A stretch of DNA of 58,668 nt from Bacilli bacterium (GTDB lineage: Bacteria; Bacillota_I; Bacilli_A; RF39; UBA660): contig JAFQID010000048.1 of NCBI GenBank assembly GCA_017397685.1, forward strand, positions 1 to 58,668. Reading direction: 5' to 3'. A program made the position numbers and the translations under genes. Positions 47,801-56,612 of this stretch are shown here, in pieces. The notes below the pieces were generated by a model. That model saw only the letters and a program-made list of their open reading frames with translations, made no database searches and was not told the origin of the DNA. The first letter of the stretch is position 1, and each line of letters starts with the position of its first letter.

Positions 47801-49015
47801 TATTGTTAATACATTTGTACTTAGTTGTGCTTTATTACTACTTATGCTCCAGCCTGTAAATGTATATCCTTCTCTTTCAGGTATAGATATATTTTGACTT
47901 TCTTTATAATCTAATGTATATGTCGTATTAGATGTACTATTATTATACTTTCCACCATTTGGATTTACCGTAAGAGTATATTCATTAATTGTCCAGTTTG
48001 CTGTTAACGTTGTGTTCTCTATTCCAGCAGTAAATGTTGTTCCAGTTAATTTACTTTCACTGCCAACTAAACTCCAATCATTAAATGTATAACCTTCTCT
48101 AGTCGGATTCGGTATATTTAATGTTTGACTATAAGCAAAATTATATGTTTGATCTCCAGTACTTCCATTCCAAGTTCCACCATTTGGTTTTACAACCAAA
48201 CTAATTTGAGGAGTTAAATCTTCGCACATTATATTACCAGCATTATTTTTAGCCCATATTTTTATATCATAATCTTCAATTTTTTGATTTATATCAAGTA
48301 TACTTGTTCTTTCAATAGTAGTCCAAGTAACATCATCAGCAGACGTAACACTTGCATCTGTTATAGCATATTCAACTATATACCCAGTATCACTTACCTT
48401 AGCAACCAAATCTTTATTTGTCATATCATATGATTCAAGAACAGGAATATTAGTTTCATTATGAAAATATTCTTTAATATTTATAGTACCACCAAAACTT
48501 TTATTCATATTATAATTTTGAATAATACCCATCTCTTTAAATAAAATTATTAATTTATATTCATGTATAATTCCACTTTCAATTTGTATATTTGACTTTA
48601 TTGGAAAACTAGAATCGGTTCCTATAACTGTCTCATTAAGTCCAGAACAAGTCCCATTAACTACTTTTTCTCCATCTATTTCTTTATAACTAGTACATTC
48701 AAGACTCATAACAAGTTCATCATTAATAAAAGTATTAGTTAAATCTTTCCACCACATAGTATACGAAGTAGGAAGAGTACCAGTATTAGTAACAGTAAAT
48801 ATTTTTTCAATCTTATCTCCGGGATATGCATCATCAATGGTCATTTCAGAACCGTCTTCAAAATGAAGTGACAAAGATCCACCTACAACCACTATATCTT
48901 TTCCATCTCCTATAACATTAGCATTGAAAAAAGCATATGTTAAACCAAATAAAGATAATAACATAATAAACAATGCCCCAATAATTAAAGTTCTTTTCTT
49001 TTTAAATATATCCAT
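44879..49015 (-). CDS. Large modular surface protein: TasA/CalY-like N-terminus, InlB B-repeats alternating with MucBP-like repeats, C-terminal beta-helix
   Basis: GLTYAFF leader, PGDKIEKIFTVTNTGT; six or more NGG...P.R.GYTF.GW...TLTA.W modules; three Y.V.H..MN..GSGY...GFTSP...Y.Y.RN modules; GGT-rich beta-solenoid tail. Confidence 0.85.
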   Translation of the reverse strand: MDIFKKKRTLIIGALFIMLLSLFGLTYAFFNANVIGDGKDIVVVGGSLSLHFEDGSEMTIDDAYPGDKIEKIFTVTNTGTLPTSYTMWWKDLTNTFINDELVMSLECTSYKEIDGEKVVNGTCSGLNETVIGTDSSFPIKSNIQIESGIIHEYKLIILFKEMGIIQNYNMNKSFGGTINIKEYFHNETNIPVLESYDMTNKDLVAKVSDTGYIVEYAITDASVTSADDVTWTTIERTSILDINQKIEDYDIKIWAKNNAGNIMCEDLTPQISLVVKPNGGTWNGSTGDQTYNFAYSQTLNIPNPTREGYTFNDWSLVGSESKLTGTTFTAGIENTTLTANWTINEYTLTVNPNGGKYNNSTSNTTYTLDYKESQNISIPEREGYTFTGWSISSNKAQLSTNVLTIGSENCTLTANWNVNSYEYTVKHNKMNISGSGYTTAESSTANANYGDVISPDVKTYAGFTSPSKKSITIGTGDNIVEYNYTRNQYTLTIDANGGTYSGNTSVQMYYEATTTISTPEREGYTFTGWSVSGGELTNSTTFKMSDAQHSSLTATWQVNNYPWIAYHNKMNVSGSGYTLVDADTASGSAGFGSKVTPELKTYTGFTSPSSKEITIVADSNPPTKNVVNYNYSRNKYNLTINPNGGTYNSSTSNSTVNMYYEAQTTLSTPDRTGYTFTGWSENAGTLNGNTFTMSEAKASTVTAGWSVNQYPYVVYHRQMNVDGNGYTVVAADTVSGNADYGSEITGTIKTYTGFTSPTTTQKIIIDVDTDEYNKNVITYDYTRNKYGLTIDANGGTYSGNNPGELYYEQTVTIANPTRTGYNFGGWTKSGGGSLSGTTFTGGTSATTLTASWNAITSTVTLNGNGATTNGSSSVTATYDGGVTTITVPTKTSYTLDGWYTAASGGTKVINADGTLVASVSGYTNASSKWIGLSNVTLYAHWQATNPIAQIGTNTYASLADAINAVPADNSKVIVTMAANSSSGATIPANKNVELALNSKTITGNITNNGTLTISGSGTVRNTTAASTSPVINNTNSLTISGGTYSTNSTSAALINNSKTLNMSSGTLTHTGSICVFNNTAGTLTVTGGSITGPCYITSSAGSTATHATASFTDNNMNAISSISGTQTFSSGSLSIIAKTGNDTTNIHEGEFTVQSGGQLNISGGTLTSSGTYVEDGGIWSIYVVSGGTLNYTGGTFNCNNGASCIRNYGTATISNLTLKCETTESELSYTCLTNWGNMSIKGSTKVTSNYRTLLGQRANTVTFEGSPQFLHNSGTGTIYALVTSQGGKITINSGTFSSSVDSPALLFAGGSADIYAGTFTTGYNYLVAVTGASDVVRVYGGTFQNNSSGHPTIYNAAGTFSASGATIRNNGGGRTYYK

Positions 49016-49164
49016 AGCAAAAACCTTCCTATATTCTTTATATAAAAATTATATCCTAAAAATAAATATTTTTCAACTTCAAAATTAACTTTTTTAATAT
49101 TTATAAAATAACATTCAAAATGTAAAAAATGCTAACCATACAAAAAAAGAACATAACATAAAAG

Positions 49165-50583
49165 TTATATTCTCTTAAAACTACTTCCTTCCCTAGTATC
49201 CTTAATTTCAATTCCAAGCTCTAATAATCTATCTCTAATTTCATCAGATATATCAAATCTTTTTTCATCTCTCATTTTCTTTCTTAACTCTATAATATAT
49301 TCAATAAATCTATCATCATCATTAGCTTTATCACTATTAGATACAAAATCAAGACCTAAAATATTAAACACTTCATTTTCAAAGAAACTCTTAATACCAA
49401 AAAGCTTATTTTCATCATCGCTTTTATTAGCAATTTTAACAATTTCATATATATAACTAATCGCAAGTGCAGTATTAAAATCATCATACATAGCATCTAA
49501 AAATTTGCTTTTTATTTCTTCAATTTCATCATCTAAAGAATATTCACCTTCAATATTTCTTACTTTATTAACTACATCACATATTCCTTTATAACTTTTT
49601 AAAGCTTCTTCTATTTTTGTATCATCAAAATCAGTAGGTTTTCTATAATGAGATAAAAGTGTATAAAATCTAATAACCATTGGATCATATTTTTCAAATA
49701 AATCTGGTAACGTAATAAAATTACCAAGAGATTTACCCATCTTTTGGCCATTAACAGTTACTAAGTTATTATGAATAAAATATCTAGCAAACTCGCAACC
49801 ATTTGCGCATTCACTTTGTGCTACCTCACAGTCATGATGTGGAAAAATATTATCCATCCCACCACCATGAATATCAAAAGTATCACCAAGATATTTTTTA
49901 CTCATAACAGAGCATTCAATATGCCATCCAGGATAACCTTCACCCCAGGGACTTGGCCACTTCATCAAATGATTATCATCAGCTTTTTTCCATAGAGCAA
50001 AATCTTCATTTCTTTTTTTATCATCAGCGACAGTTATTCTCTCTCCGCTAACAGTATTATCTATACTTCTATTAGATAATTTTCCATATTCACTATACTT
50101 AGTAATATCAAAATATACATTTCCAAGTTCAGTAACATATGCAAAACCTTTATCAATTAATGTTTTAACCATATCAATAATTTCTAGAATATGACCAGTC
50201 GCACGACAAGAAATATCTGGTCTTAAAACATTAAGTTTATTCATCATATCAAAATATATAAGTTCATACTTATAAGCAACTTGATATGGATCTATTTGTT
50301 CAAGTTTAGCTTGTTTTTCTATTTTAGATTCACCACTATCACTATCCCCAACCAAATGACCAACATCCGTAATATTTTGAACATATTTAACATCATATCC
50401 AATATATTTTAAAAACCTATATATAACATCAAAACTAATGTAACTCTTCGCATGTCCTAAATGTGGAAAACCATATACAGTAGGCCCACATACATACATA
50501 CCTACTTTTCCTTTAATAAGAGGTATAAACTCTTCTTTTTCTCTAGTTTTAGTATTATATACTTTTAAAACTTTATTATCCAC
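49165..50583 (-). CDS. cysS: Cysteine--tRNA ligase (likely GTG start at 50583 after AAGGAG)
   Basis: MYVCGPTVY, HLGHA, DFALWK, PGWHIECS, DIHGGG, FPHH, KMGKSLGN. Confidence 0.97.
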   Translation of the reverse strand: MDNKVLKVYNTKTREKEEFIPLIKGKVGMYVCGPTVYGFPHLGHAKSYISFDVIYRFLKYIGYDVKYVQNITDVGHLVGDSDSGESKIEKQAKLEQIDPYQVAYKYELIYFDMMNKLNVLRPDISCRATGHILEIIDMVKTLIDKGFAYVTELGNVYFDITKYSEYGKLSNRSIDNTVSGERITVADDKKRNEDFALWKKADDNHLMKWPSPWGEGYPGWHIECSVMSKKYLGDTFDIHGGGMDNIFPHHDCEVAQSECANGCEFARYFIHNNLVTVNGQKMGKSLGNFITLPDLFEKYDPMVIRFYTLLSHYRKPTDFDDTKIEEALKSYKGICDVVNKVRNIEGEYSLDDEIEEIKSKFLDAMYDDFNTALAISYIYEIVKIANKSDDENKLFGIKSFFENEVFNILGLDFVSNSDKANDDDRFIEYIIELRKKMRDEKRFDISDEIRDRLLELGIEIKDTREGSSFKRI

Positions 50584-50667
50584 ACAAATCTCTCCTTCAT
50601 TACAAACGATTTTAACATACATTCTAATTTTTTTCAATTTAAAATAAGAATGATAAACATTCCTATT

Positions 50668-51708
50668 TTATTTTACTTCATTTTCTTCTTTACTAGAACC
50701 TATTCTTTTAACATCATCATCCTTTTTAAAAAGATCATTTCTTACCTTAGATTCTATTTCTCTAAATATATCCTTATTTTGTTTTAAAAATAACTTAACA
50801 TTTTCTTTACCTTGGCCAATCTTTTCACCTTTATAACTAAACCAAGCACCACTCTTATCAACTATTCCAATATTAGAAGCAACATCAATAACTTCTCCCT
50901 CTCGGCTAATACCCTCACCATACATAATATCAACCTCAGCACTCTTAAAAGGTGGTGCAACTTTATTTTTAACAACCTTAACAGTTGTTTTATTACCAAT
51001 AAGTTCACTACCAACTTTAATAGCTTCACTTCTTCTTACATCCATTCTAATCGTCGAATAAAACTTTAGTGCTCTTCCTCCAGGAGTAGTTTCAGGATTG
51101 CCAAACATAACTCCAACTTTTTCACGAAGTTGATTTATAAAAATACATATAGTGTTAGTCTTATTAATAACACCACTAAGTTTTCTAAGAGCTTGACTCA
51201 TAAGTCTTGCTTGAAGCCCAACATGAGAATCTCCCATCTCACCCTCAATCTCCGCTCTAGGTACAAGTGCGGCAACAGAATCTATAACTATAATACTCAT
51301 AGCTTCACTTCTAACAAGAGCCTCACATATCTCAAGAGCCTGCTCACCAGTATCAGGTTGAGACAACAATAACTCATCAATATCAACACCAAGCTTTTTA
51401 GCGTAAACAGGATCAAGAGCATGTTCAGCATCTATAAACGCAGCTCTTCCACCAATTTTTTGAACCTCCGCAATCGCATGAAGTGCAATAGTAGTCTTAC
51501 CACTTGACTCAGGTCCAAATATTTCCACAATTCTTCCCTTCGGATAACCACCTACACCTAAAGCTTGATCTATCATAATAGAACCACTAGAAACAACATC
51601 TATATTTCTAGCCCCTCTTTCTCCTAATTTCATAATAGCACCCTTACCAAACTGCTTTTCAATATCAGCTAAAACTTGTTCAAGAGCTTTATCTTTTTCT
51701 TTTTTCAT
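50668..51708 (-). CDS. recA: Recombinase RecA
   Basis: [43 protein letters not shown]. Confidence 0.99.
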   Translation of the reverse strand: MKKEKDKALEQVLADIEKQFGKGAIMKLGERGARNIDVVSSGSIMIDQALGVGGYPKGRIVEIFGPESSGKTTIALHAIAEVQKIGGRAAFIDAEHALDPVYAKKLGVDIDELLLSQPDTGEQALEICEALVRSEAMSIIVIDSVAALVPRAEIEGEMGDSHVGLQARLMSQALRKLSGVINKTNTICIFINQLREKVGVMFGNPETTPGGRALKFYSTIRMDVRRSEAIKVGSELIGNKTTVKVVKNKVAPPFKSAEVDIMYGEGISREGEVIDVASNIGIVDKSGAWFSYKGEKIGQGKENVKLFLKQNKDIFREIESKVRNDLFKKDDDVKRIGSSKEENEVK

Positions 51709-51734
51709 ACACTTCTCCTTTTACTTACACATTA

Positions 51735-51763
51735 AATATACAACACAAACTTATGTTTGTCAA
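51735..51763 (-). promoter_or_regulatory. recA promoter with a LexA-box-like palindrome in the spacer
   Basis: TTGACA-17 bp-TATATT; ACAAAC-TTAT-GTTTGT palindrome at 51745-51760. Confidence 0.65.
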
Positions 51764-51776
51764 TAGTGTTTTTGAT

Positions 51777-52628
51777 TTATTTTAAACTTTCAATTTCTTT
51801 AATAGTTAAACCAGTAACTTCAGATACAAGAGAAATATCTAAATCTTTTTTAATCATATTCTTAGCTATTTCTATTTGTTTAGAATATTCACCTTTCTCA
51901 ATACCTTCATCTTTCGCATATAGTAAAGCTGATTCCATAATTAATCTTTGATCTTCTTCCCATGTTAAGATATCTTTAAACTCATCATCATTATTCATAT
52001 CTATAGTATCTTTAGCATACTTTTCCATAATCTTATCTCCCTTCGTATACTTAAGTAATTCCTCTTTGTCTTCTATTGTTAACATCTTTAAATACTTATA
52101 CTTAAGTCCCTCTTCTTTAGTATAACATGAGTTTTTAAACTTTTCCATATCGATTTTATACACTACTAACTTATCAGAATATATATCCTTTTTACCATTT
52201 TCTTCCCTTAATTCATATTTACTAACAAGTTTATCATAATCTCTATTCCAATCCATATCAATAAGTACCCCTTTTCTAGAAGTATAATAACTATCACCTT
52301 CTTTATATTGATTTAAATATTTCGAAAGTAAATATCTTAAATTTCTATCTCTTATCGCTTTAGACATTCCAGTATTTATTTCTATATCTATAAACATATC
52401 ATCTATTTTAGCAATACAATCAACTCTCTTTCCCTGTTCCCATATACTATTTTTTTCAAGTTCATTATTCTTAATCTCAAGAAACTTTATCTTCTTTTCC
52501 AATATTTCCTCAAGCACATTTTTAAGTATACTCTTTCCCTTTTCACACCCAACTACACTTTTAAATAACGCATCAGACTTACAAGACGCTATCTTATTAG
52601 AATCATTATTTTCTTTTAAATTATCCAT
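51777..52628 (-). CDS. Rpn-family PD-(D/E)XK nuclease / putative transposase (likely start ATG at 52628 after AAGGAGG)
   Basis: SDALFK, RVDCIA, IDIEIN, RNLRY, DEGIEKG, IAKNMIK..DISLVSEVTGLTIKEI. Confidence 0.88.
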   Translation of the reverse strand: MDNLKENNDSNKIASCKSDALFKSVVGCEKGKSILKNVLEEILEKKIKFLEIKNNELEKNSIWEQGKRVDCIAKIDDMFIDIEINTGMSKAIRDRNLRYLLSKYLNQYKEGDSYYTSRKGVLIDMDWNRDYDKLVSKYELREENGKKDIYSDKLVVYKIDMEKFKNSCYTKEEGLKYKYLKMLTIEDKEELLKYTKGDKIMEKYAKDTIDMNNDDEFKDILTWEEDQRLIMESALLYAKDEGIEKGEYSKQIEIAKNMIKKDLDISLVSEVTGLTIKEIESLK

Positions 52629-52866
52629 ATACTTTTCCTCCTTAGACCAAAAGTATAACAAAAGAAAAAAACACTTTCAAACAGGCATTATAAAACTTTT
52701 AAACACATAAAAAAATAATAAATAAAGTTTCTCCTTAAAGAAAAAAACTATTTATATTATAAAAATACACCCAAAATCATTTTTTATATAATTTTTATTT
52801 TTTTCACTAATATTTTGCAATTAAAAAAAGTAATGTCTGAATATCTCTAACATTACTTAATATTTT

Positions 52867-53463
52867 TTATTTTTCTACAATAAACTTTTTATTCTTAATA
52901 TAATACTCAACGCCACTTACAACAGAAAGTACAGTAGCAACTAATATTAATATATTTGACACTCTAAATCCCATTAAAATAAAAGGTATATCATTAAAGA
53001 ATAACAACGTAATACCAACTAGCATAACAGCAGTTTTTACCTTACCACTCATAGATGCTCCAACCGCACCACTTTTACTTCCAGCTACCATTTTAATAGA
53101 ATCTACCGCAATATCTCTACATACAATAACAACAGGTACAACTGGACTAATAAATCCATCAATAGCTAAGATTATTAAAACTCCATTTACTAAAATCTTA
53201 TCCGCAATCGCATCCATAACTTTACCCATATCAGTTACCATATTATATTTTCTAGCAAGATATCCATCAAGAAAATCAGTAAGTGCTGCTACTAAAAATA
53301 TAATACCACATACAATATACTTAGTATCAATTATTATATTTCCATTATTAACCGCAAGTTGAGGAAATACAATACCAAATTTATTTAAAGGAAGCAACAT
53401 AAGTATTAACAAAAATACTGATAAAATTATTCTACATACCGTAATCCTATTCGGAACATTCAT
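52867..53463 (-). CDS. pgsA: CDP-diacylglycerol--glycerol-3-phosphate 3-phosphatidyltransferase
   Basis: MNVPNRIT..R, TDFLDGYLARKYN.VT.MGK.MD.IADK, GKVKT. Confidence 0.95.
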   Translation of the reverse strand: MNVPNRITVCRIILSVFLLILMLLPLNKFGIVFPQLAVNNGNIIIDTKYIVCGIIFLVAALTDFLDGYLARKYNMVTDMGKVMDAIADKILVNGVLIILAIDGFISPVVPVVIVCRDIAVDSIKMVAGSKSGAVGASMSGKVKTAVMLVGITLLFFNDIPFILMGFRVSNILILVATVLSVVSGVEYYIKNKKFIVEK

Positions 53464-53951
53464 AATAACTCTCCTTTTACTATAACACTATATTCTAAAT
53501 TTCTTTCTTCACTTATTTTTTTTAAATATTTAACTGTAAAAAATATACTAAAAACAAAAATAAATCCAACTATTAAAAATATATAGGCCTTATTAAACTC
53601 TTTTTTAACTCTATTAATCGTATAAGGAGATTTTATTTTATCATCTTCCTGTTTTTCTTTAAGATTTATCTCTTTGGTTTTCTCAAGAATATCACTAATA
53701 GGAATTCTACTAGTATAACTGAATATAAAACTATTAAACTCATCCATTATCTTATCCTCATCAAGATTAAGATAAACAGTATATTTCTTAATTAAATCTT
53801 TTAAAAAAAATATATCCTTAAAAGCATTTACATTTCCATCTTCCAAATTATCAAGTTGACTCTCATTAATTTCCAAATCTTTCATAACTTCAGATTTAGA
53901 TAAACCAATAGATTCTCTAGCTAATTTAAAACTTTCTCCTATATCTTTCAC
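53460..53951 (-). CDS. RodZ/YmfM-like HTH membrane protein (short form)
   Basis: IGESFKLARE..GLS, LEDGN, Y..YLNLD, single C-terminal TM; upstream of pgsA as in Bacilli. Confidence 0.8.
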   Translation of the reverse strand: MKDIGESFKLARESIGLSKSEVMKDLEINESQLDNLEDGNVNAFKDIFFLKDLIKKYTVYLNLDEDKIMDEFNSFIFSYTSRIPISDILEKTKEINLKEKQEDDKIKSPYTINRVKKEFNKAYIFLIVGFIFVFSIFFTVKYLKKISEERNLEYSVIVKGELL

Positions 53952-53970
53952 ACTTTTCTCCTTTAAAAAT

Positions 53971-54317
53971 AATAATTCTTAATAAGCCATGTTCTGTACC
54001 TATAAAAGGTGGTAAACATTTATCTAAGACATATATCTTTCTCTACTCTTTTCATTTCATTCGTAGAAATTCCCCTACCAAATTTGGGTTTCTCACTCGT
54101 GGGGTTTACCGCGTTCCACTCTTTTTATTCCTAAAAAGCATCGTCTCTATGGCACTTTACAACTACTTTAATCAGGTCTTGATTATTTCATCGCCGTTAG
54201 TTAAAAACTACCTAAGGTTATTTCTTCCCTTAGCACGATCATTAAAGGCATCTCAGCCCTTGTGAGCATGGACTTTCCTCTACATAATTATATGCAGCGT
54301 TTACCTAAAGAATTATT
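53971..54317 (-). ncRNA. rnpB: RNase P RNA, class B
   Basis: Minus strand GAGGAAAGTCCATGCTC, AGTGCCATAGAGACG, GTGGAACGCGGTAAACCCC, ACAGAACATGGCTTA; terminal AATAATTCTT/AAGAATTATT P1 pairing; follows gpsB. Confidence 0.95.
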
Positions 54318-54627
54318 CTCCATAAACAACTTTCTCTAAATCACTTATTCTCTTAAGTAAATCTATATTAGTTACTCCTTTATTAGAGCCAGCTATTTCA
54401 AGTGCATTTCTAAGATTTCTTACCTCAGATTTTAATTTACTATTTTCTTCCTCCAAAGCCCTACTTTCAGATATAAGTTTTTTAATAGTATCTTCAAAAT
54501 CTAAATAGTCTTTTATAACCAAATCTAAAAATTGATCAACTTCTTGTGGTCTATAACCTCTCGCATCATACTTAAACTCTTTATCATAAATAGCTTTAGC
54601 ACTCAGAAATCTTTTTTCCCCATACAT
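54313..54627 (-). CDS. gpsB: Cell division regulator GpsB (DivIVA domain)
   Basis: KEFK..RGY..QEVDQFLD.VIKDY, TNIDLLKRISDLEKVVYG; upstream of rnpB. Confidence 0.92.
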   Translation of the reverse strand: MYGEKRFLSAKAIYDKEFKYDARGYRPQEVDQFLDLVIKDYLDFEDTIKKLISESRALEEENSKLKSEVRNLRNALEIAGSNKGVTNIDLLKRISDLEKVVYGE

Positions 54628-54718
54628 ATTTTATAGCCTCTCTTCCAACATAATTTTACAAAATTAATCACATTTTGTCAATTACATACTAAAAACACAA
54701 ATAAAAAAGAAATTAAAA

Positions 54719-54747
54719 AAATGTAAACCCTTTAATAGTTTACATTT
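54719..54747 (-). terminator. Intrinsic terminator
   Basis: AAATGTAAAC-9 nt-GTTTACATTT. Confidence 0.7.
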
Positions 54748-54753
54748 AATATA

Positions 54754-56382
54754 TTAAGCCTTACTTTTAACAAGATATACACTAGCACTTGCTAATATCA
54801 TAACTGAAATTATTGCCATAATTATACTATTTAGTCCTCCATCATAAGTTTGAGGATTATCAACAATATTAGAAACAGTACTATCACTATAAGCAAGAGC
54901 ATAAGTAGAGAACTTAGATGTTTTAAAAGTTAAATGAGTTCCATCTTCTGATAAATCCGCAGGAATCTTATCATATACCTCAGCCCCGTCTTTATCAATA
55001 TGTCTCCTAATTACATAAAACTTTCTTACAACATCTTTTTTAGTATTTTTTAAAACCTCTGGTAAAACCATAACAAACTCAACTTCTTCAGTTAATTCAC
55101 TTAAATTACCAAGTAATCTTTGACTTTCATATTCCTTAACAGCAACTGAAATATCAAAATATGAAACTACTTTAAGATTTTCAGCTTTCTTTTCAATGTT
55201 TTTCTTTACTTCCTCAGAAATATTATCCTCTTCAAGTTCTTCAACTTCAACAGAAACAATTACATCAGTATCCTGAGAAATACCAACAAAATTATCACTA
55301 GATTTATATGAATCAATTAAAATATCATTAATTTTATCACTATCAGTAATACCAACAGTTGGTTTTTCAACTTTTTCATCTGGGTTTACAACAGGAACAT
55401 CACTATCAGTAATAACCTTTTCAAATACTACTTTTAAAGTAACATCGCCTTTAGGCATAACGAAACTATCTTCTCCATATGACACAGCATCATCATTAGT
55501 ATCAACAATTAAAACTTGTTCAATTCTATATCCTTCATTAGCCTTTATACTAAATCCAACAGTATCACCTTTTGATGCAACAACCTTATCAGCAGTAACT
55601 ACACCACCTTCACTCGCAACAATATTTACTTTATAAGTATTTTTACTAACAAGAAACTCTCCATCATTTTCAGAAATATTACTTTCCTCATCTACATACT
55701 CTTCAACATTAGTATTAAATGTACCAGCAATAATAACAGGATCCACACTAGAACTAGTCATAAGTTTGCCATTATTTGTAATGTATTTACCACCTTTAAT
55801 CACTATAGATGAATCATAACCACCAAGAAGACCATAATTTCCATCAGTAGTATAATTACCATCCTCAATTATCGCATTAGCATATAAATCAGTCCATACA
55901 GCATAATATGTATGACCAACAACATTACCCATATTTCTTAAAATACAATCCGTAGTATTAAAAATATTTATTCCACCAACAGTAGAAACATTTTCAATCA
56001 CAATACCACTTGTTTTAGTTCCAGCACCAATCCATAAAGAATAACTAGCAACCGATTCAAAAGTACCATTTTTAATGACTAAATTATTACCTTCAAATCT
56101 AAATCCAAGTTTACTTGTAATAATCGTATGTCCATCCATATCGAAAACTACACCATCAGCAAATTGAGCAATATAACTATTACTTTCAGTATATTTACTA
56201 CTTAAATCAACATCATCAAGCAATACAATAGTCTCTCCTTCTTTAGCAGCCTCTACAGCCTCTTCAACAGTTGCAAACTCAGTATCTCCAATTTTCGCAA
56301 CCTTTCCCCCCTCAGCATTTACATTAACTAAAAATACTAAAGAAAACATTAACGCAAATACCAATAAACTAATTTTTTTCAT
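54754..56382 (-). CDS. Cell-surface protein with signal peptide, beta-helix-like region, divergent InlB B-repeat and C-terminal anchor
   Basis: Signal peptide ...VNVNA; VAKIGDTEFATVEEAV; GGVVTAD..A.KG.TV..IKANEGY; NPQTYD + TM + K-rich tail. Confidence 0.8.
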   Translation of the reverse strand: MKKISLLVFALMFSLVFLVNVNAEGGKVAKIGDTEFATVEEAVEAAKEGETIVLLDDVDLSSKYTESNSYIAQFADGVVFDMDGHTIITSKLGFRFEGNNLVIKNGTFESVASYSLWIGAGTKTSGIVIENVSTVGGINIFNTTDCILRNMGNVVGHTYYAVWTDLYANAIIEDGNYTTDGNYGLLGGYDSSIVIKGGKYITNNGKLMTSSSVDPVIIAGTFNTNVEEYVDEESNISENDGEFLVSKNTYKVNIVASEGGVVTADKVVASKGDTVGFSIKANEGYRIEQVLIVDTNDDAVSYGEDSFVMPKGDVTLKVVFEKVITDSDVPVVNPDEKVEKPTVGITDSDKINDILIDSYKSSDNFVGISQDTDVIVSVEVEELEEDNISEEVKKNIEKKAENLKVVSYFDISVAVKEYESQRLLGNLSELTEEVEFVMVLPEVLKNTKKDVVRKFYVIRRHIDKDGAEVYDKIPADLSEDGTHLTFKTSKFSTYALAYSDSTVSNIVDNPQTYDGGLNSIIMAIISVMILASASVYLVKSKA

Positions 56383-56471
56383 GTTTTTCCTCCTCCTATC
56401 TTAAAAATATCACAAAATAAAACTATTTTACATACCTAAAAAAAACGGTTTACACTAAAATTTACATATAT

Positions 56472-56552
56472 TTACACTTTACTTTCAAAACTCAAAATAC
56501 AATCATTAATCTCATCAAACAACATCTTAAAATACTCATTAACCTTAATCAT
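56472..56552 (-). CDS. Possible 26-aa small ORF (not in ORF track)
   Basis: AGGTGA RBS then ATG: MIKVNEYFKMLFDEINDCILSFESKV*. Confidence 0.3.
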   Translation of the reverse strand: MIKVNEYFKMLFDEINDCILSFESKV

Positions 56553-56571
56553 ATTAGTCACCTAAAAAAAG

Positions 56572-56594
56572 AATACTACATTTAACGTAGTATT
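56572..56594 (-). terminator. Intrinsic terminator
   Basis: AATACTAC-7 nt-GTAGTATT. Confidence 0.65.
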
Positions 56595-56612
56595 TCATCA
56601 AAATCGACAAAA

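Noticed and set aside
42862-50637. Extended N-termini given by the ORF track for yvcK and cysS (also herA, ackA, rbr, perR-like, Rpn and paralog B elsewhere)
   Set aside because: Downstream starts have clear RBSs and match family N-termini; the extensions run through promoters or upstream genes
56440-56456. Possible CcpA cre site (TGTAAACCGTTT on the minus strand)
   Set aside because: Right half does not fit TGWAANCGNTNWCA
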